This document shows, piece after piece, positions 55,983 through 64,000 of a DNA stretch of 64,000 bases. This DNA is from the human T2T-CHM13v2.0 reference genome, Homo sapiens. Every line of letters begins with the position of its first letter. The stretch's first letter is position 1. The translations under genes were made by a program, and so were the position numbers. The stretch lies in NCBI RefSeq assembly GCF_009914755.1, contig NC_060926.1; one strand, 5' to 3'. The notes beneath the pieces were generated by a model. It was not told the DNA's origin. It ran no database searches and saw nothing but the letters and a program-made list of their open reading frames with translations.

Positions 55983-56112
55983 GTGGTGACCATACAATTT
56001 ACAATCACACAGGGAAAATTTGAGGCTCAAAGTGAATTCTCTCAATAATTACAGCAAGGCATCTGGTATTACCCAGAACCTTCCTAGGCAAACAGGTAAG
56101 TATAGTCACCAT
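55983..56112. mobile_element. MER94-like hAT-Blackjack MITE
   Basis: About 130 bp with terminal inverted repeats tggtgaccatac (55984-55995) and gtatagtcacca (56100-56111), 11/12 complementary. Confidence 0.75.
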
Positions 56113-56710
56113 ATTTATAAGCAAAGTTACTGCTGAAATTTTACTTTGAAAGCACAATAAAATGCATTTCCCCATTGCCATCTATCATTCAGGACCTTGC
56201 AAATGGTTTCATTTTCTAAAAAGTGCTGATTGTTACGGTTTCTGGATGCTCAGATCAGCTTTATGTACTGAAAGGGAAACTGGCTCCATGCCCCAAATAC
56301 TTGCAATAAAAAGATGCAGGTGATAGTATCAACAGCAAAAAACCCAGAGGAAATATAAGGCCAGGTAATCACTGACTCTGCGTATTACCATATCACATTA
56401 ACCATTTTGACTGTGGAGTTTTATAGTGATTCATTTAGTTGTCCAAATAAAGATTTGATGTAGATGGCCAAAAATAAATTCCCCTACTTTTGCTTACCAA
56501 AATACAAACAGTGCCAAAACTCATGAATGACTGCAGCAACAATTAATCTGAATCACGTATCAGATAGCCATAGTCAGTGCAGTTTCTCTGTGAATGCATT
56601 AGGTTTAATTTAAAATGGCAAAATAAGGGTAAATAAATCTATAGGTTACTCTCCTAGACTTCTGTTGATCATGTAGAGTAGCTCAGTGATAAAACTGGCA
56701 GAAGTTCCCA

Positions 56711-56790
56711 TTAAGTCAGTGAACATTTATGGAGCATATGCTATATGTCAGGCACAGTGCTAGACACTAAAGACAGTGCCCTTGGTGCTG
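56711..56790 (-). mobile_element. L2 3'-end fragment
   Basis: aacatttatggagcatatgctatatgtcaggcacagtgctagacact. Confidence 0.65.
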
Positions 56791-57357
56791 GGAGAGGAGT
56801 GGGATAAGCACCTTGTCATGCCTGTCACTGTGTATCACTTAGCTTGCTGGGACATAAATATCAACTCATTTTTTTTTCCATATATGACAGATATGTAGGG
56901 TGAAGAGGATATAGCATTTTCCCCCCTTAAAAATAGTAATGAATCATGTATGCCACTCGGTGAAAGTTGGCAATATTTGCTTGTTACCTGAATATTGAAA
57001 AGTAGCTTGCCTCTGGATGTTTTATATGTTGCTGGAAACTACCCTATTGCCTCAAACAGAACCTCTGCACCACAATCCTATCTCACAGGTATGAGATGCT
57101 GTATGCCTATTGGATGGATGATTTGTGTCCAGGCCATGCCTCTCCTCTTTCTTAAGGCAGTCATTTCTCTTTCTTAACCAATAACCTCTTCCATGAATTT
57201 AAGTCTGATTTCTATCAGAATTATGGATAGCCAGACTACCGTATTGATATATCTGATTTGTTCCATGCATTCAGAATTCTTGTCATTATTGATACTTTGC
57301 TCCTGTTATGTAGCATTATTAAACTGTCTCAGAGGCTTAGAGTTCTTAACCAGCTTA

Positions 57358-57813
57358 TGTAGTAGTTTCCTAGTACTGCCATAACAAATTAACACAAGTT
57401 AGGTGGCTTTAAACAACAGAATCTTATTCTCTTACATTCTGGAGGCTAGAGCTCTGAAGTCAACATGTTGTCAGGACCTTGTGCCGTCTGGGACTATGGA
57501 TAGAGTAGAACCCTTCCTTGCATCTTCCTAGCTTCTAGTGGTGTCCATCAATCCTTGGCATTCTTTGACTTGCAACTACATCACTCCAATCTCTGCTGCT
57601 TTTATCACAAAGTGTTCTCCCTGAGAGTCTATCTTCACATGCTGTTTTCCTCTTACCAAGATACCAGTCTTATTAGAATAGACTCACACTGATGACCTCA
57701 TCTTAATTTGATTATATCTACAAATACTCTATTTCCAAATACGGTCAGACCCACAAGTACTGGGGTGAGGACTCCAATGTATATTTTTGTGGGACAAAAT
57801 TCAACTGGTAACA
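57358..57813 (-). mobile_element. MLT1C-like LTR
   Basis: tgtagtagtttccta...ggtggctttaaacaacagaa...ttctggaggctaga...gacctcatcttaatttgatta...gggacaaaattcaac...aca. Confidence 0.88.
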
Positions 57814-59539
57814 AACTACGACATCTGAATCTCCTACTGGAGGGCCAGCTTTCAGAGTAAATGCATAACCAAATAAGGCAAATTCTTCATTTACTGAAAG
57901 TCTTCCCTGATATCTAGAGCAAAGTGAATTTCTCTCTTAACTCACATTTATGTCTATCGTTGTCATCATTACCATGAATTGTTCATTGTCAGCCTCTCCA
58001 TCCAATGTGAGGGGGTGGGGTCCTTTAAAAGCATCATAAGGAAGAAAACAAACAAACAAAAAAAGATGGGCCTTGAAGAAAGAATCATTTTCAACTCTAA
58101 TGTCTCACTAAGCAGGCTGTACGGGATACTGTCTAGTGATTCTGCACTAATAAGTACTTAAGGCTCACCACTCTGATCTCATGAGAAGATACTGATGAAG
58201 CTCCCAGCACTAAAGAAAAGGCTGTAACACAGACACTTGAAGTAAACAGTAGCCATATCTGAGATTAGACCTGCAATGGTGACCATATAGGTAACAGTTG
58301 GGATGAGACAGAGCCAGAACAACAGTACTAGTTTCCACAACAGCAGGAGACCAGGAAGCTCTGAATCTAGGTAGGGAAGCAAAAGCCTTCATTGCCTATA
58401 GTCACAGCCATGACTTTAGTCCATGGTCAAAAGTTTCCAAGAGTGAGAGAGGAAAGGCATTAGCTAAAAACTAACTTAGGGAAAGAGGAGTTGAAACACT
58501 TGGTCTGTTATGCACACTTTTCTACTAATTCTTGGGTGATGTTCACAAAAGAGGGGAAAAAAAAGGAGATAAACTTGTTTAATTTTCTTGCAAACTTGCT
58601 GATATTTACTTCCAAAAAACTAGACCTAATATTTTCTAGAAAGGAGAGTCCTTATCTGTTGAATATTTGTAACGGAATGTTTCTCATCTAGGATAAATTG
58701 TGGTAAACACTCTTAGAATCTATGGATTTATGATGCCTGGCTTCCTTGAAAATGTCACATAAACTAAGCAATTATTTATGGTAGAAAATGAATACATTTC
58801 ATTACCTAAAATCTTCCTGCTGTGAAAAATTATTTTCATTTATTACCCTGGAGCAGATAGGGTGTCCAGTGAGGACATGTGGAACTCAGGGAGTCATTTG
58901 GAATGGCTCTCCCTCGCCCTGCTTTTCCTGTGCTCTTATTTTGTGTTTCTTTGATGTTGTTAGTGAAGCTTGACAGTGGGCAAAATCTCTGATCTGGGTA
59001 AGTTTGATGTGTCAATATCATCTTCGAAATAAGCTTTCCCACTGTGTTCTAGTTAAAAGCTTTCATAAGCTTCCATGTCTTCTTTGCGTACAGCAAAACA
59101 GGGAAAGGAGGCACAAGGATATGGGAACCCACACTTTTTCCTTAAAGTTGGAGGATATCTGGAATTTACCATAGATAAAAGAACTACTGATGGATGGAAA
59201 TTCATCAGGCAGACAAATTTGTGGGTTTAAGATTCTCTAAGGAAAATGTTTTTTTTTTTGGCACAATATTTACTGATACATCAAGTTTTATTTTTGATTA
59301 CAAAAATAATAAAAATTTGGAAATTCTAAAATCTTTAAAGAAAACATTCATAACTTTGAGAGACAGAAGTATTTTTGACTTTTTATTAGTTTAGTGGTTT
59401 CAATTTCTCATTCATTTTATCATCTCTTTTATTAGCAATTTTAAACAGAATTGGGATTGCAATTAATAATGTTTTAAAACCTGTCATTTAACTTCACATA
59501 TGTATAATGAGAATTTATAGTGCTAAAGTTCTATAAAAT

Positions 59540-59870
59540 AAAAAAATTCATAATTTACCATTTCATGAATAGAGAAAAATATTTACCAATACCATATTAA
59601 TCATTTGCATTTTTGACAATTATGAGGAAAGCTGTCATGAATATCTGTGTTCATATAATTGCTATCATTCCACAAAATAATCAATTATATACATTGATTA
59701 TTATGACTATGCCATACTTTATTTATCTATTCTGTGGTGGAGGGGAAATTGGGTCGTTTCCAGTTTGGGCTTATGCCCAAATATTGTTTCTATGAAGATT
59801 TTACTGCCTGTTCTTTGGTGAACATATGTGTACCTAGCAGTGTAATTTTTGGATCATAAGGTGTTGCTAT
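59540..59870 (-). mobile_element. Old L1ME-like 3'UTR fragments
   Basis: aaagctgtcatgaatatctgtg; gggtcgtttccagtttgggc; gtgtacctagcagtgtaatttttggatcataagg. Confidence 0.5.
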
Positions 59871-62153
59871 TTTTAGCCCATCTCACACTTTTATCTGGAC
59901 CTACCCTTGCCTTTATTGTTTCTATGATAAGTTGAATTAGATCCCCAAGCTATTTCTTCTCATGGGTGGGGCGTTTTCTTGGAAGGAAATTTTGGTCATA
60001 GTTGTTTAGATTTTCCAGATTGCTACAGCCCCTTCACACTTTCCTCAGACATTTTATGTTCAGCTGCTGTTGGCACACATAAAATGTCTTCCAGTTTCAG
60101 CTGCTATTTTCAAGTGGGTACATTGGTCTTTCCGATTCATATTTTTTTAAATTATGGGGTTCTCTGATGTTTCCTTCTACTTCTTTTTGCACAGATGCTG
60201 ATAATGTGCAGTTCTTACAGTAGTTGGTGATTTGTCCTCACCATTTTGGAGTTCCCTGGAATACAACTTACCATCTTACTATCCAGTTTTGCTGTAGATG
60301 CTACCCATGAGTATTTGGTTTTGCTACTACTGTTGGTGTGTCTATTAGAGTTAAGGTTTAAGAAGAATGAAAATCATGCCCCTTTGCTACCATCTCTCTT
60401 CAATACTTCTTTTAAAAAATTAAGAGAGAGTATTTTTATTTGAAGAGATTGTGCATGAGAAACTGAACTGATCATTTAAGCCTTTGGACCACGTTATATT
60501 TCTCCAGTATTGACTTTGCTCTGGCAGACGTGCTAGAGTATAGGACAATCATAATAATCCCATTGAAGATTAGGTTGATAGGGGTGTGAAATCAGTCTAT
60601 TTATAGCTTACAATTTCTACTAGAATGTAGTTCTTCAGGACTTCCAAATGAGACCCTGAAAGTCTGTTAAGATACCTCTTCTTTAGCAGACACTTATTTT
60701 CATTTCTTGTTCCCTCAACCATGTAAGCCTTCCAGAAACCCTTTATGTTTTTCTTGTAATTATATATTGCATTCATTGACATATGAGTGTTAAATAAGGC
60801 TTGCATTCTTAGTATTAGCCACATTTGATCATGTATTATCCTTTTTATATATTGCTGTTTTATTTGCTCTTATTTTCTCAAAGAGCTTTGTGCCTATGTT
60901 CACGAAATATTGGTCTGTAATTTTCTTGAAATGTTTTTATCTGGTTTGGCATTTAAGTAAGGCTGGCCTCATAAGTTGGGAAATGTTCTCTCCACTTCTA
61001 TTGTTTTGAAAAATATAATGTAGAGGTGGTATGATTTCTTTCTTATTTATGATTTCTTGCTAAAATATTGTCCTTCTTAAATATCTATTCACCAGTAAAA
61101 CTATCTTAGTCTGATGTTCTCTTGCTATTGTTTTGTCCTGCGTTTGGAATGTATTTACTAATTCAGTCCTTACTACCTCTAAGTTACAGGGTTAAATAGG
61201 TTATCTATCCTTGAATAAGTTTTGGTACTTTGTTTCTTTAAATAAACTGGTCCATTTCATCTCAGCTATCAGATTTGTAGACATAGAGGTGATCACAGTG
61301 TTCTCTTATAATGTTACTCATTGCTATGGGATCTGTAATAATGGTTACCTTTTTTAAAAATATGCTGTTGGTAATTTTTTCTTCTCTCTTTTTTCTTATT
61401 GGTTATTATTTTTAGTTTTATTTTCAAAGAACACTATTGTGTCTTACTAATTTTCTCTATGCTCTTATTATTTTCAATTTTATTAATTTCTGCATTAATT
61501 TTCTTCCCTTTGGTTCTATTTGCTTTAAATTTAATGTACTCATCTTTCTTCAGTATCATAAGATGAAAACTTAAGCTATTAATTGTAGGCTCTTCTAGTT
61601 TTCAAATAGACATTTAATGCTACAAAAATATACCTTTTAGCACTGATTTAGCAACATTCTAAATATTTTGATGTTATATTTTAAATTTTAATTGGTTATA
61701 AAGAAATCTTATATTCTCTTAAGACATCTTACTTTGGGTTATTTGCAGGTGTGCTGGATTGTTTCCAAATACTTGGAAATTTTTCATCTATCTTTCTTTT
61801 TTAATTTCAAGTTTAATTCTATTGTGGTCTTAAATTACTTTGTGTGATATCTGTTCTTCTACATTTGTCAAGCTATGTTTTATATCCCTTAGCATAGTCT
61901 ATTCTGGTGTATGTTCTGAGTGAACTTCAGAAAAATGTGTTTTTATTCTGTTGCTTGAATTTGGAGTGTTCTATAAATGTCAATTAAGTTGATATGTAAC
62001 ACTGTTCAGATGATCTATATTCTTACTGGTTTTCTGCCTGCTTGATACATCAGTTATTGCTACGTGGTATTGAAATTTCCCACTGTAGTTCTGGATTTGT
62101 GCATTCTTTTATTTTGATCAGTTTTTATCTCATGTCTTTTGATACTCTGCTGG

Positions 62154-62868
<715 letters not shown>

Positions 62869-64000
62869 GATGATAAGTACACATATGTTTAGGATTGTAA
62901 TGTCTTTTTGGAGAATTAATTCCTTGATCATTGTGTAATGTTTTCCCTAATTCCTGATCTCTGTTGACCAGAAATCAGCTTTGTGTGAAATTATTATAGC
63001 TACTCCAACTTCCTTTTGATTACAGTTAGTATGTTTTATCTTATCTCATCTCTTTACTTTTAATCTATCTGCTTTTTAAATATTTATCACAAATATTATG
63101 TAGACATCATCTAGTTGGGTCTTGTTTTCATCCAATCTGTCAGTCTCTCCTTTTTAACTGTATGTTTAAGTCATTTACATGTACAATTATTTAAAATATG
63201 TTTATATTAAAGTATTACTGACTTTGTTCTGTTTATTGCATTTGTTTCTTTTTTGGCCTTCTCTGTTTTCACTGAGATTTTTATGCTTTCCTTTTATGTA
63301 AGCTATTAACTTATGTACATTTAGAAAATTAGATTGTGCTCTAAGATTTATAATGTAGACTGTTGTTGAAATCCTCCCTAAAATAGCATTCTAGTGCTCA
63401 TTTATAATGTAAGTACCTTATAGTAAAATACTCCACGTTCCTCCCTCCCATCTCCTGTGACATCGTTGTAATTTATTTTACTTTTATATAGCCTTTAAAT
63501 ACCCAATATATTATATTATTTACATAACACATGTAATTTTAAAACATAGAAATTTATCTTAAAATAGTACTATTTAAACAGTTATCTTTTAGATCAATTT
63601 GAAATAAGAAAAATTAATATAAAATGTTTACCTTCATTTATAACTTTTCTCATGCCCTTTCTTTTTTCAGTGTAATTCCATGTGTCTTACCTATATCATT
63701 CTTTTGCCTGAAGGAGTTCTTTTAGCATTTTTCTTGAGGCTGGTCAGCTGGCAATTAGGATAATAAGTTATCTATTTTGTTTTCTGAAGAAAGTCTTTAA
63801 TTCACTTCTATATTTTAAAGGTTGATATATGATGTCTGAACATTTTAGGTAGGTGCATGTGGTATTCAATTGATGTTTTCAATGTCTCCAACATACAATA
63901 TTTTCATTGTGTATAGAAATTTCGGTTGGCAGATTTTTTTTCCCAAGACTTAAAGATTTTACTCCACTGTCTTCTTGTTTGCAGAATTTGTTACAAAAAA

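Overview
AT-rich, CpG-depleted primate (most likely human or great ape) genomic DNA, either intergenic or deep intronic. I recognise no protein-coding gene, RNA gene, CpG island or prokaryotic system. More than half of the window is interspersed repeats: L1 (old L1M fragments, several L1PA 3' ends and one 5'-inverted twin-primed L1), six Alus (four AluY-like), L2 and MIR relics, MaLR/ERVL/ERV1 LTRs (THE1, MLT1, MLT2, MER31/67-like, MER74-like, and an LTR6-like solo LTR inserted inside an Alu) and DNA transposon relics (MER5, MER58, Tigger4, MER94). The listed ORFs are repeat-derived or chance ORFs. The most notable observations are multi-level nested insertions with readable target-site duplications (TSDs), four LTRs that keep DUX4-type motifs, several well-formed + strand candidate exons that could belong to a spliced lncRNA, and two motif-dense unique segments that may be enhancers. 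I found no evidence of a previously undescribed biological system. Subfamily names come from remembered consensus sequences, not a database search, and boundaries of old elements are approximate.
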